From IMG/VR virus record IMGVR_UViG_3300031613_000001: a stretch of DNA of 37,902 bases. One strand, 5' to 3'. The notes under the pieces were generated by a model. It did not search any database and had not been told where the DNA came from. It was given only the letters and a program-made list of their open reading frames with translations. This DNA comes from an uncultured virus (IMG/VR IMGVR_UViG_3300031613_000001) (Duplodnaviria > Heunggongvirae > Uroviricota > Caudoviricetes > Crassvirales). Below, one piece after another: positions 10,601 through 18,106 of this stretch; position 1 is the first letter of the stretch, and every line of letters begins with the position of its first letter. Made by a program: the position numbers and the translations under genes.

Positions 10601-11860
10601 TAATATTTTAGATTCAACACTAGATTGTTTTGCTGCATCAAATCTTTTAAATACACCATTTTTTAAATCATTTTCAGTTACATAATGCTCGTTTTTAGAA
10701 TGGTTCATTGCTGCAACAAATTCACTCTTTTTACTTTGATTAAAATCTTTACTTTCTAAAATCTCAACTAAATCTCTATAATGTGGTTTTTCACCAAATT
10801 CACTTTTTATTAAAATTAACATTTTATTAAAAACATCTTCTATTTTACCACCTTTTATAGTTGGTACTACATCAGATAAAAGTTTTAAAAGATCATCATG
10901 TACAGTATTACCATCTATAAATTTACTGCTTTGAAATAAACTAGTCTGAACTTGTTCAAACATGTCATTACCATCTGCTAGTTTATAAAGTTTATTTATT
11001 CTATAAGCAGGTAAAAAAGCTAAAAGAAGTTTTATATTAGCACCTGCTTTATCTTTAGTATTTTTTTCTACAGAAGCAACTGATTCACCACGATCTTCAT
11101 TATTATCTTTTTCTTCTTCTTCTTCTATTTCATTAGTAGAATCATTAATAATAAGACTTTTTGATTTAAAATAAGATAATATTTGATTTTTTAAATCTGC
11201 TTTTCCAAATTTAAGCTTTTCAGATATCTTTAATCTTTCATCATTTAAGATCATTTCATTATCAATATCTTCTTTTATTTCTTCTATAGAAAGATGTTTT
11301 GCTGGATTAGGTTCATCACCATTATAATCTTGTAATATTTGTTTATCACTTTGATTAAGTATTTGAGGTAAAAATTCTTTTAAAGATAGAGCTTCTTCAT
11401 ATTCAGAATCTATAAATTCATCAATAGCTTTATTAATGTTTATATTATTAATAGACTCTAAATCATTAAAGTTTGCTTTAATATTTTGTTTAAATATATT
11501 ACCAGCAATGATATTAACAACTTCTTTTATTTTAGTACTTCTATTCTCTATATTAAGATATTCAAAAGTACGAGGTGTGACATCAATACGATTATGAAAT
11601 TTATCTAAATAATAATGTATATCTTTACCACCAACTTTTTTAGTATATAATCTAGGTTCGTTTTGTTCATTTAATCTTTCACCTGTTGGATCAATTTCAT
11701 TAGGATCTATTTTATTTACATCTTTTTCATCTACTCTCCAATCACCAAATATGTTTAGAAATTTATTTGATGAAAGGTTTTGATAATGGTTACTTGCCAT
11801 TTCCTCATTTTTAAAAACTTCTGTTAATCTATCACGTGTTATTTTAGTTATACAGCTCAT
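4691..11860 (-). CDS. Virion-packaged single-chain double-psi beta-barrel RNA polymerase (crAss-like, phi14:2 gp66 type)
   Basis: 2389 aa. Catalytic loop KTGSDFDIDKM (DFDID at 7558-7544) is preceded by GYRIPNQGMSS. Also carries TDAQAWIT, QPLKGVY, KYSQAVL, GSQIQK, GVGISAN and FVDNAKDP blocks, which I recognise from crAss-like vRNAPs. It is flanked by two other giant genes. Confidence 0.93.
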   Translation of the reverse strand: MSCITKITRDRLTEVFKNEEMASNHYQNLSSNKFLNIFGDWRVDEKDVNKIDPNEIDPTGERLNEQNEPRLYTKKVGGKDIHYYLDKFHNRIDVTPRTFEYLNIENRSTKIKEVVNIIAGNIFKQNIKANFNDLESINNININKAIDEFIDSEYEEALSLKEFLPQILNQSDKQILQDYNGDEPNPAKHLSIEEIKEDIDNEMILNDERLKISEKLKFGKADLKNQILSYFKSKSLIINDSTNEIEEEEEKDNNEDRGESVASVEKNTKDKAGANIKLLLAFLPAYRINKLYKLADGNDMFEQVQTSLFQSSKFIDGNTVHDDLLKLLSDVVPTIKGGKIEDVFNKMLILIKSEFGEKPHYRDLVEILESKDFNQSKKSEFVAAMNHSKNEHYVTENDLKNGVFKRFDAAKQSSVESKILKNWEQKIVKKFTKDGKINSDLLYSIIDKYKNSFDRQNAIFSGIDLDTVNLDRFSSEYKRAVLNEKKGLISIFKQLGIDNIDEFVMHSVLVENNQSETFAKDVRKNITDLYSALNQALLDFKKNKDVENYSFIDNNKSRLFNDLAVYTAKTQNDIKDSTVYSMNKMFWVYGNPSFLSNTINLFKEDKQLLKDIRKKSISKHSLFVDYLLAEELDSEGKFVYVGKDREDMSNKRLDEFSSTRFLQYQEKNKADKAVDNKSISSVDQIIDRFGKVMGASITNDNGELTGSITPIYSTILPADKSTAYEIKIGQFFNETLENIRTSKDMSFTKETTDKFYNYFTDEYNRMVDAFNDLKTQKYEDLKLHYHTDKNGNVGSYDNINGDSVSIKTFEDYQNNNQPNKKLVGQAFKSQISPEINYNTLKSKLAASNIFNSDNSPNLGKNELNEDVHKANIVNILNGMLTTRLVENVSSLIKKGIIKRLSDNSYTFAAIDNKIRNTYNAEDGVFTRSSLYHMVSDYTINTIIANVEYTKLFTGDPAYYKTMVDFFKRVPATYTDGTYLRLGLTEGDSKFNMAVVEDQVAGSKYYENLDNSLKLAGITNKKERENIIGGYKESVDQTDAQAWITPARWKFILDRAGKWTDAHNAVYDKMLNENKEPFTAKELKLSSQPLKGVYYGVVNGVPTYMKYSQAVLSPILVNESKLETLYNEMINQGVDEAVTVQGVKVGANIPVNISGDKINFNIQKLNNFEWKLQQDLPVKLMKQTLLGSQIQKNIYSSVKKDEIYNVDGIEYRGFGIIDHINSILSDISNKGIEKLAKILGKEEDNTINKEKLYEIIQQEIDDNPDDFSDNIKDAVNKRMLIEAMPSMRDKMYSILFSKIRRAASNTKTNGGSFIQMSNYGIDIAEGNKIGVTWLVEPSELKPPTLYEDKDGNIKQKPGQVFISHSDIAKAIPNYRKMTIKELNEKLDPEILKIIGYRIPNQGMSSNDSLDIVGILPPNMNDTIIAYTEITTKTGSDFDIDKMYVMLPELKYTYNKKTYKAAKKYLNNVIKNNVSNVNDVNEITEFYDDLVEQTGIQLTKEEMVTLFSATDEYLLEDQYFNIIVDHIVKGESKASKALAESIGEGNISKIEKAPSNKETTKGLNNMLFDAYWSILTNKSTYPDLIRPIDFDYVKNHIKSLNTKGDVNENFKFYDGIYQVDLKNTYMLGKAGVGISANMAVDHNISKNMVNLRFNQYNIGDGLGFVNAKNETVFDTNPLTGTSSSIKLTVEESKIAAARIKENTGEKVSYKTLRSFKIGDTISAFMNAFVDNAKDPYIEQGNYDTYTSNVAFMLTRAGVHPYWTDAFIGQPILKKLTEFTKNFESISVQKEDKHMNKSSYEALLYDTVSKHINNTDPFLINKEIEKLKKTNRQVYSYSELVDSYNSDIENPTIKDIEILMTFKDYQDKSKKLESSVNLSRFDTLGSGKNFSDMLVYQNNLLDLFNKQEKDGELNGHMEKYVRNNKLTSLGTQLLNSVFFASDILNANPSIFLSANREFLNVIDNISMTTASSYGGSMGRSTDKKMISKLSKELYSSLMSKYPVLQIEGNPVDFVNDVKERIIKYQNKQAEKNGNAFINVLTFYENSFGIDISKLDVNQKNDISNAFYDIYKNDFILGKDIIRSSFVMNGFNQSLIDFNDMIPHEFFLNYHKVNTGNTTDSKGNVVNQNLYQSVQAFIREQMIKMSNSSYAQSFHKEYAQNNYEDNKIVRKINADLIIGIQKTNNLVYINNQKSLKSYKVDSRKNSDNSTDLSTESYTPYIKTESLSFDSEDNQVALYEYVGNIKRPILNPAGQTTDFYYAPVYERIEKKGYRNKSSKVTYKEYGKKQSSFLENNDGVNPKKDDIANQLKVLDFVEAAKTAHYLESQRYKNVDALKDLIFNSDIKQLEKTLQSEENVLSLQNVNETGENVNSKKENEQLDLFGENDVPTEPQC
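4793..4823 (-). promoter_or_regulatory. Candidate Bacteroidota sigma-A promoter inside the RNAP 3' end
   Basis: Minus strand reads TTTG(4823-4820)-N19-TATCTTTA(4800-4793). This is one mismatch from the TTTG-N19-21-TAnnTTTG consensus and lies ~113 nt upstream of the ATG at 4679. Confidence 0.4.
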
Positions 11861-11863
11861 ATA

Positions 11864-14800
11864 TTATTTATTACAACCTTCGTTTAAGTCGTTATCTTCG
11901 TTTTTCTTTGCGTTTGCTTTTTTCATCATATTAGCATACTTACTTTTACTTCTAGTACTTTTATTAACCACAACTGGTTTTATAATATGTTCAAGTGTAG
12001 GGGAATTTTTATTAGCTTTCTTAGCTTTTTTAGCTTCAGTTTTATTATTAACTGGAATAACATCATATAAGTTATCTAAAAACTCAGCTTTTTCATAAGT
12101 TATTGTATTAGTTTCTTCTAAAACTTGTTTATTACTATCTTTTATTTTTCTATTTCTATAATCTTCAACATTATTTAAATATTCTTGTTCTTCTTTAGAA
12201 TATTGACTATTTTCTGGATTTTGTTTTTTCTTGTCTTTTATAGCTTTAATAGTTGTTTTTTTAGTAGGTTCTTTTTTTACTACTGGTTCTGTTTTCTTTT
12301 TATTAGGTTTAATATCTATTGGATTATTACCCATGCTAGGATCTAAATAAATAGCTGTAGAACCTTGAAATACAGGTTGTCCTAATTTAACATCTGTACT
12401 AATTATACTATTAAAAAGATGTTTTTTATAAGCAGTAGTATTAGATGCTTGCTTATTTATTTGTCTATTTTTTTCTGTAGTAAGCCATTCAATTATTTCT
12501 TTTTTTGCACCAGCTAATTCAGAAAAAGGTATAAGTTGGTCTTTCATTCTTAAACTAGAACCTTCTATAGAAAATGCATTTTTATCAGTATTACCTTTAT
12601 ATACAAAATTACTAAAAAATGATATTATGTTAGTATTTTTACTTTTTTTATTTAGTGCTTTTAATTCATTAAAAACATAATCTCTTTCTTCTTTTGTAAA
12701 GATAACACTTTCCATTAACATATCCAAATTATCTTTATATGATAATTTAATAGAAGAACCTGTCATTGCTTCTACAATCTTATATATTATTTCAGCTTCT
12801 AAATTATTAATACGTCTTTGATTGAGTTTTAGAGGTATTGTACGACCATTAGCCATTTTTATTGATATATATACTTGACCAGCGTGTTTAACGCTATTAA
12901 AACTATCTACTTGATCATGGTTACTATTTCTTAATGTCCCTTGTGAATCAGAAAACAATACTTGCACATTATTAAGACTTTCTATACCAAATACATTAGC
13001 TTTACCGTTTTCATCATATATTTTATTTACAGCAGGTTTACCATTAACCCTATCCATTTGTATTTTACCTGGCATTTGAAACTTAATAGTACTTGTAGGT
13101 TTATTACCTTTAAGAATTTCAAGTATAATACCTTTTTTTAATTCATAAGTAGTTTTATAAACATTAATATTTCCTCTTTCATCATTTTTTTTATTAAGAA
13201 ATGATAAATGACTATATCCACCATTTTTTGTTAATACTTTAATAGGTAAATAATTAGCAAATTCTTCAATTTCTTCTTCTGTTAATTCAGTTCTTTCTTC
13301 ATTTTTTAAAATTTTTTTAAATTTTAATAAAGCATCACTAGCTAATTTGTTAGATTGAGGATTACCTAATTCAAAACTAACTTTCTCACCTAACTTATTT
13401 TTTTGTTTTTCAGTATATTCAAAAAATTCACTATTTGATGAAAGAGAACCTTTTAAGTCAACAACTTTAGCATCTGTACGATCTTCTTCTTTTTGTTTAT
13501 TTTCAGGTAAGTTATTTACTTCATTAGAAATTTCTTCATTAATAAAAGTACCTGTTGAAATATTATCACTATTAGTAAATTCATTACTAGAATTAGAGTT
13601 TAACTTTTCTTTAGATTTAGAAAGTTCCATAGCAATATCCCATTCTTTTTTTAATTGCCTAGCTATTTCAGCTCTATCTGTATAAATTTTTTCTCCATTA
13701 TACATTTCATTAGTTGTAGAACTATTTAAATAAGATTTTAATATTTTAATTAATGCTTTTTCATAAAAAGTTAATAATTGTTTTTCATTTAACGTACTAT
13801 TACCTATAGGTAATGCTATTCCAACTGCTTGATCTCTACTACTTTCAGTTGTTTTTGGAAATTGAGCTTTAATATGTCCAGATAATACTAATTCATTTGT
13901 AGATTTATCTTTCTTTAAAGATACTTTTACATTTAAAATTTCGTTTTTTGCATTAATAGAATTTTTTGCATTACTATCTGGATAATTTGTTATTCCATTT
14001 TCATTTTTAGTATTTAAAACATCAACTTCATTTGGATCAGAAACTGTTTTTTCAATTTTTTCATATTTTCCTCTGCTACTAGCTATTGAAACCATAAATA
14101 AACCAGTTTTAGTTACATTATTTTTTTCTTTTTCAAAAAATTCATTTTTATTTTCTTTATTAGTAGGTTGTTGTGAAAAACTATTTAAAGCATCTCTTTG
14201 AGCTTGGTATTTGGCTTTTATTTCTTTAATAGTAACATCATCTGATATTTTTGTATCTATATCAATTAACTGTTCTGACCAATACATGACATCTTCTAAT
14301 AAACCATTTTCTAATTTTACGGTAGGTTTATTAAATTTAGTAGACCATATATTTATACTCTCTTGAAATAATGTTATTAGATTATCTAATATATTTTTAA
14401 ACAAAGAAGTTTTTTTACCTTCTCCTTGCATTTTAGATAAATCTTGTTGTAGACCAATATCAGAAAAAGCTTCTGCTAAAAATTCAGATAAATTTGTAAA
14501 TCCATATTGATTTTTATCTGTAGTTAATGATAAAGCTTTATTAAAAAGTCTATCTAAGTTTTCCCATGCTGTTTTTTGAATTTTTGATAAATTTGATTTA
14601 TCTCCTCTTTTATAAGCTTTGTATTCTTTAGTATTTAATACCTGATGAAATAATTCATGTATTAAAGTTTTTACAGCTACAGCGTCTCCTTCTAAAATTC
14701 TATCATATATATCACTATCTAAATCTATACCTCCTTCATAAGCTTTTCCATTAACTTTTCCTCCTCCTCTATCACTTTGTAAATTTTCAACCCTTGATAT

Positions 14801-17800
14801 AGAGTACTTAGATAAATCTAGTAATTTTTCTAGTAATCTTAATACTTTACCAGTTAAACTATTATTTTTAAATTTTTCTTTTAATACCTTAAATATTTCT
14901 TTTGTATTTTCTCTTCCTTTTTTTAATTCTTCTTGTCTGTTAGAATTATTTGCATAATTTAATTCTTCTTTTTCAGCTTCATTTATTTTATCAAGTTCAA
15001 GAGTTGTATTATTTAAAGCGTCTCTTTGAGCTTGATATTTAGCTTTTATTTCTTTTACTACAGAATATAATTTACTTGTTTTATTTATATCATTAAAAAA
15101 TACATTACCTATTTCAGAAGAAAAGAATCCTAATTGAGGTTTAAATCCTGGTTTATTAATAATTTTTATTTCTTTTATAGTGCCTTTTGTAGGTGGTCTA
15201 TTTATTAAATTACCTACCAAAACTTCTTCCCCTATTAAATTAATTTCTAATTCTTTTTGTTCAGCTTTATTAATCTTTTCAAGATCAGATTTTTCTTCTT
15301 CTTCTTCTACATTATCAACTTCTTCTTGTTCATCATTAGTTGTATGTGTAGTATCGTCTTCAACAGGAGGTTTTTTTTCTTTAGGAACTTCTTGTCTGCT
15401 TAATTCTATTCTACTAACAGTTCTATCATTTTCATCAATTATTTCTACATCTAATACTTCAAAATTTATAGTATTATTAACAGCTTTATTATATTTAATT
15501 TGATTTCCAATTTTTAAACCTTCTATATCAAGATTAGTTTGGCTTATTATATCTATTAAATCTTGAGTTAAAGGTTCTATTATAACATCTTTACCTTGTT
15601 TATCAAGTTCAGTTAATAATGTATCAAGTAATAAATTATTATTATTTACTTTATTTACTAATTTAGTTCTTTTTTTATTAGCATTTTTTTGTTCTCTTGT
15701 TTTTTTAGCTTTATTATCTTTTTTAATAATTTCTTCTTCAGCTTCTTCATTTTTTTTCTTTTCTTCTTCAGCTATTGTTTTTTCTAATTCTTTAATTTTT
15801 TCAGCTTTATCTTTTTTTTCTTTTAAAGTTTGTTCAAAATATTGTTTTAAAAGTTTTTCATCATATAATGTTTCAATAGTTGATTCTTCATTTAATATAG
15901 CAGTTGCTGCTGATAATATTTCATTTTTTTTAGAATTATATAATTTACTTTTAGGTTGATTTTGATACCATTCTAAAAAAGAATCTTTTGAATTAAATCC
16001 ATCTTTTTTATTTTGAAATTCTTCAAATGATATAGATGGTATATTTGAAATATTTAAAGCACCACCTTCTTTTGTTTTTACATTAGAAAACTTAGAAATA
16101 TTTTTATATTGAGTTTTAGAAGTTTCTGTTTTAAGTTGATAATTTTTTAAAGCTTCTATTTCTAATTCTGCAAATTCAGTTTCTGCTTTACTTTTATTTT
16201 TTTCAAGAAACCTTTTATTTTGTTTTGCAAAAGTTTCAAGCATATTCATTTCTTTATAAAACTCATTTAAATCTTCTTTATTTTCAGAAGATGTTTCTAT
16301 AGGTGTAAAGTATTTTAAATATTCAGTAGATTTTTCATAATCTTTCTGCATATTTTTAGCTTGTTCTACTATTTTTGCAGTATAACTTTCTCTATTTTCA
16401 TTTTCACCAAAAGCTTTATTTTGAGCATTTACTTTATCAATTAAATCTTCGTTTTGTTTAAGTGATTTTTCAAGAATTTCAACACCCATTTCACCATTAG
16501 TAATAAATGGTAATAAAAAAGCAGATATAAAGTTATTTATATTAGCTTTAGCTACAGCTTTATCTTTTTGTGGTAATACACCATTATTTTCTTCTTTAAC
16601 CGCTTCTATTTTATCATAAAGCTGACTCATAGCTTCAAGTTTTTTTACTTCTTCTCCATATTTAACAGCAAATTCTTGATTAATTTCTCTTTTACCTGTT
16701 TCTTCATTTATAGTAAATAATTTACTAGGGTCTAAATTAAATAATCCCAAAGCTTTTTCCATTGCTGGAGCAAGTTTTTGTCTTCTTTTTTCACTAACTT
16801 TATCATTACTATATTTACTATATGCATTCATAGGACCTCCAAGTAATGCACCTAATGCAATTGCTTTCTGTCCATCTACTGTTGTTAAAGTATGTATATA
16901 AGAATTTACAACACCTGTAATACTAGCATTTTCATTATCTTCGGCTTCATTCATGTACATATGCTCAACAGAACTTTGCATAGCTTCTTCCCAGAAACCT
17001 TCTCTTGCACCACCTTTAACTAATTCTTTACCATAACCAGCAATATTTTTAGCAGTAAAAATTGATTTAGGATCTGTTAATATTTTACCTGCATCATCTA
17101 TATAATCAGAAGCTACTTTAGAACCACGTTTAGCTCCAAATAAAATTTTATTACTAATTGCATTAGGTCCTACTAATATAGCTACATTAGACCAAAATAT
17201 ATTTCTACCAAGATCAGCTTTACTTTCAATAAAAAATTGTTCAGCTTCTTCTTCAGTTAATCCTTTTTCTAATTGTTTATTTATAAAGTTTTCTTTTTTA
17301 CTTTCAAAAGCTCTCATTGCACCTCCTGATTCAGCACCTGCTTCAAAAAAAGTATTAGCTACTGTTGCGTTAAAGACATCCATACCTTTATCAGTTGCTT
17401 TAATAGATTCTAAAGCATCCTGAGCAGCTTCTGCTGATTTATACATTCCTTTAGCTCCTTTACTAGCACCTTTCATCATAATTTTACCAAGACCTAATGA
17501 TTTAAGGACTGCTCCTGGAACAAACATACTTGCAATATAACCAACTCCATCAGCACCTTCTGTAGCCCAAAAATCTATAGATGTTAAATTATCTATTAAA
17601 TTACCATTTTTTACAGAATTTTTAACATAAACAGGCAATGCTTCATTATTTATATATTGATTAGCATCTTCTATGGTTCTTATCCAAGCATTGTTAAATA
17701 TAGTTTCAATAAGAGGTTCTTCAGAAAAAGGTGCAGTAATTAAACCACCAACTAAACCACCAATCATACCTGGCATTTTAGCAACTTCTGCAGCAACTTT

Positions 17801-18106
17801 AACACCAACACGACCTAAACCACTCATAGTTTTATTAAAACCAGATTGTTGTTGCGCTCTATATTCATTAAGATCTTTTATGCCATCTAAATATTCATCA
17901 CCAAATATATAATCTTTATTAGAAGAACCCATTACAAAACTTTCAGTATCTGCTCTGTCAGGATCTAAAAAATCTCCATATTGAGATTCTAAATAACTTA
18001 ATTCTCTTGAACTATTTGCTTTATTTTTAAAATTTTCAAATTCAGGATCAGTATCCATTGCTGAACTTTCAGCATTCATTTTCATTAAATTTAATAAATT
18101 TCCCAT
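11864..18106 (-). CDS. Giant ejection/cargo protein (phi14:2 gp65-like position) with N-terminal Gly/Ala-rich membrane-active region and internal zincin metalloprotease
   Basis: 2080 aa. Hydrophobic Gly-rich segments (PGMIGGLVGGLITAPF, GVGYIASMFVPGAVL, IALGALLGGP), an EGFWEEAMQ motif, long charged coiled coils, and LIHELFH (14659-14645) followed by YGFTNLSEFLAE. It lies immediately upstream of the RNAP. Confidence 0.8.
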   Translation of the reverse strand: MGNLLNLMKMNAESSAMDTDPEFENFKNKANSSRELSYLESQYGDFLDPDRADTESFVMGSSNKDYIFGDEYLDGIKDLNEYRAQQQSGFNKTMSGLGRVGVKVAAEVAKMPGMIGGLVGGLITAPFSEEPLIETIFNNAWIRTIEDANQYINNEALPVYVKNSVKNGNLIDNLTSIDFWATEGADGVGYIASMFVPGAVLKSLGLGKIMMKGASKGAKGMYKSAEAAQDALESIKATDKGMDVFNATVANTFFEAGAESGGAMRAFESKKENFINKQLEKGLTEEEAEQFFIESKADLGRNIFWSNVAILVGPNAISNKILFGAKRGSKVASDYIDDAGKILTDPKSIFTAKNIAGYGKELVKGGAREGFWEEAMQSSVEHMYMNEAEDNENASITGVVNSYIHTLTTVDGQKAIALGALLGGPMNAYSKYSNDKVSEKRRQKLAPAMEKALGLFNLDPSKLFTINEETGKREINQEFAVKYGEEVKKLEAMSQLYDKIEAVKEENNGVLPQKDKAVAKANINNFISAFLLPFITNGEMGVEILEKSLKQNEDLIDKVNAQNKAFGENENRESYTAKIVEQAKNMQKDYEKSTEYLKYFTPIETSSENKEDLNEFYKEMNMLETFAKQNKRFLEKNKSKAETEFAELEIEALKNYQLKTETSKTQYKNISKFSNVKTKEGGALNISNIPSISFEEFQNKKDGFNSKDSFLEWYQNQPKSKLYNSKKNEILSAATAILNEESTIETLYDEKLLKQYFEQTLKEKKDKAEKIKELEKTIAEEEKKKNEEAEEEIIKKDNKAKKTREQKNANKKRTKLVNKVNNNNLLLDTLLTELDKQGKDVIIEPLTQDLIDIISQTNLDIEGLKIGNQIKYNKAVNNTINFEVLDVEIIDENDRTVSRIELSRQEVPKEKKPPVEDDTTHTTNDEQEEVDNVEEEEEKSDLEKINKAEQKELEINLIGEEVLVGNLINRPPTKGTIKEIKIINKPGFKPQLGFFSSEIGNVFFNDINKTSKLYSVVKEIKAKYQAQRDALNNTTLELDKINEAEKEELNYANNSNRQEELKKGRENTKEIFKVLKEKFKNNSLTGKVLRLLEKLLDLSKYSISRVENLQSDRGGGKVNGKAYEGGIDLDSDIYDRILEGDAVAVKTLIHELFHQVLNTKEYKAYKRGDKSNLSKIQKTAWENLDRLFNKALSLTTDKNQYGFTNLSEFLAEAFSDIGLQQDLSKMQGEGKKTSLFKNILDNLITLFQESINIWSTKFNKPTVKLENGLLEDVMYWSEQLIDIDTKISDDVTIKEIKAKYQAQRDALNSFSQQPTNKENKNEFFEKEKNNVTKTGLFMVSIASSRGKYEKIEKTVSDPNEVDVLNTKNENGITNYPDSNAKNSINAKNEILNVKVSLKKDKSTNELVLSGHIKAQFPKTTESSRDQAVGIALPIGNSTLNEKQLLTFYEKALIKILKSYLNSSTTNEMYNGEKIYTDRAEIARQLKKEWDIAMELSKSKEKLNSNSSNEFTNSDNISTGTFINEEISNEVNNLPENKQKEEDRTDAKVVDLKGSLSSNSEFFEYTEKQKNKLGEKVSFELGNPQSNKLASDALLKFKKILKNEERTELTEEEIEEFANYLPIKVLTKNGGYSHLSFLNKKNDERGNINVYKTTYELKKGIILEILKGNKPTSTIKFQMPGKIQMDRVNGKPAVNKIYDENGKANVFGIESLNNVQVLFSDSQGTLRNSNHDQVDSFNSVKHAGQVYISIKMANGRTIPLKLNQRRINNLEAEIIYKIVEAMTGSSIKLSYKDNLDMLMESVIFTKEERDYVFNELKALNKKSKNTNIISFFSNFVYKGNTDKNAFSIEGSSLRMKDQLIPFSELAGAKKEIIEWLTTEKNRQINKQASNTTAYKKHLFNSIISTDVKLGQPVFQGSTAIYLDPSMGNNPIDIKPNKKKTEPVVKKEPTKKTTIKAIKDKKKQNPENSQYSKEEQEYLNNVEDYRNRKIKDSNKQVLEETNTITYEKAEFLDNLYDVIPVNNKTEAKKAKKANKNSPTLEHIIKPVVVNKSTRSKSKYANMMKKANAKKNEDNDLNEGCNK
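14182..14227. repeat. 46-nt direct repeat, copy B (encodes KEIKAKYQAQRDALN)
   Basis: 43/46 identical to 15010-15055. The three differences are synonymous third-codon positions. Confidence 0.95.
15010..15055. repeat. 46-nt direct repeat, copy A (encodes KEIKAKYQAQRDALN)
   Basis: 43/46 identical to 14182-14227. The offset of 828 nt (276 codons) keeps the two copies in frame. Confidence 0.95.

Noticed and set aside
4691..11860. Intein or self-splicing intron in the RNAP; N-terminal Cys as an intein or lipoprotein signal
   Set aside because: The gene is uninterrupted, with no internal Cys, no intein-like block or LAGLIDADG motif that I could see, and no signal peptide before Cys3.
14182..15055. 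The 46-nt repeat pair as CRISPR repeats, att sites or a DGR template/variable pair
   Set aside because: There are only two copies, both coding and in frame. The mismatches are synonymous rather than diversifying, and no reverse transcriptase, integrase or cas gene is in the window.
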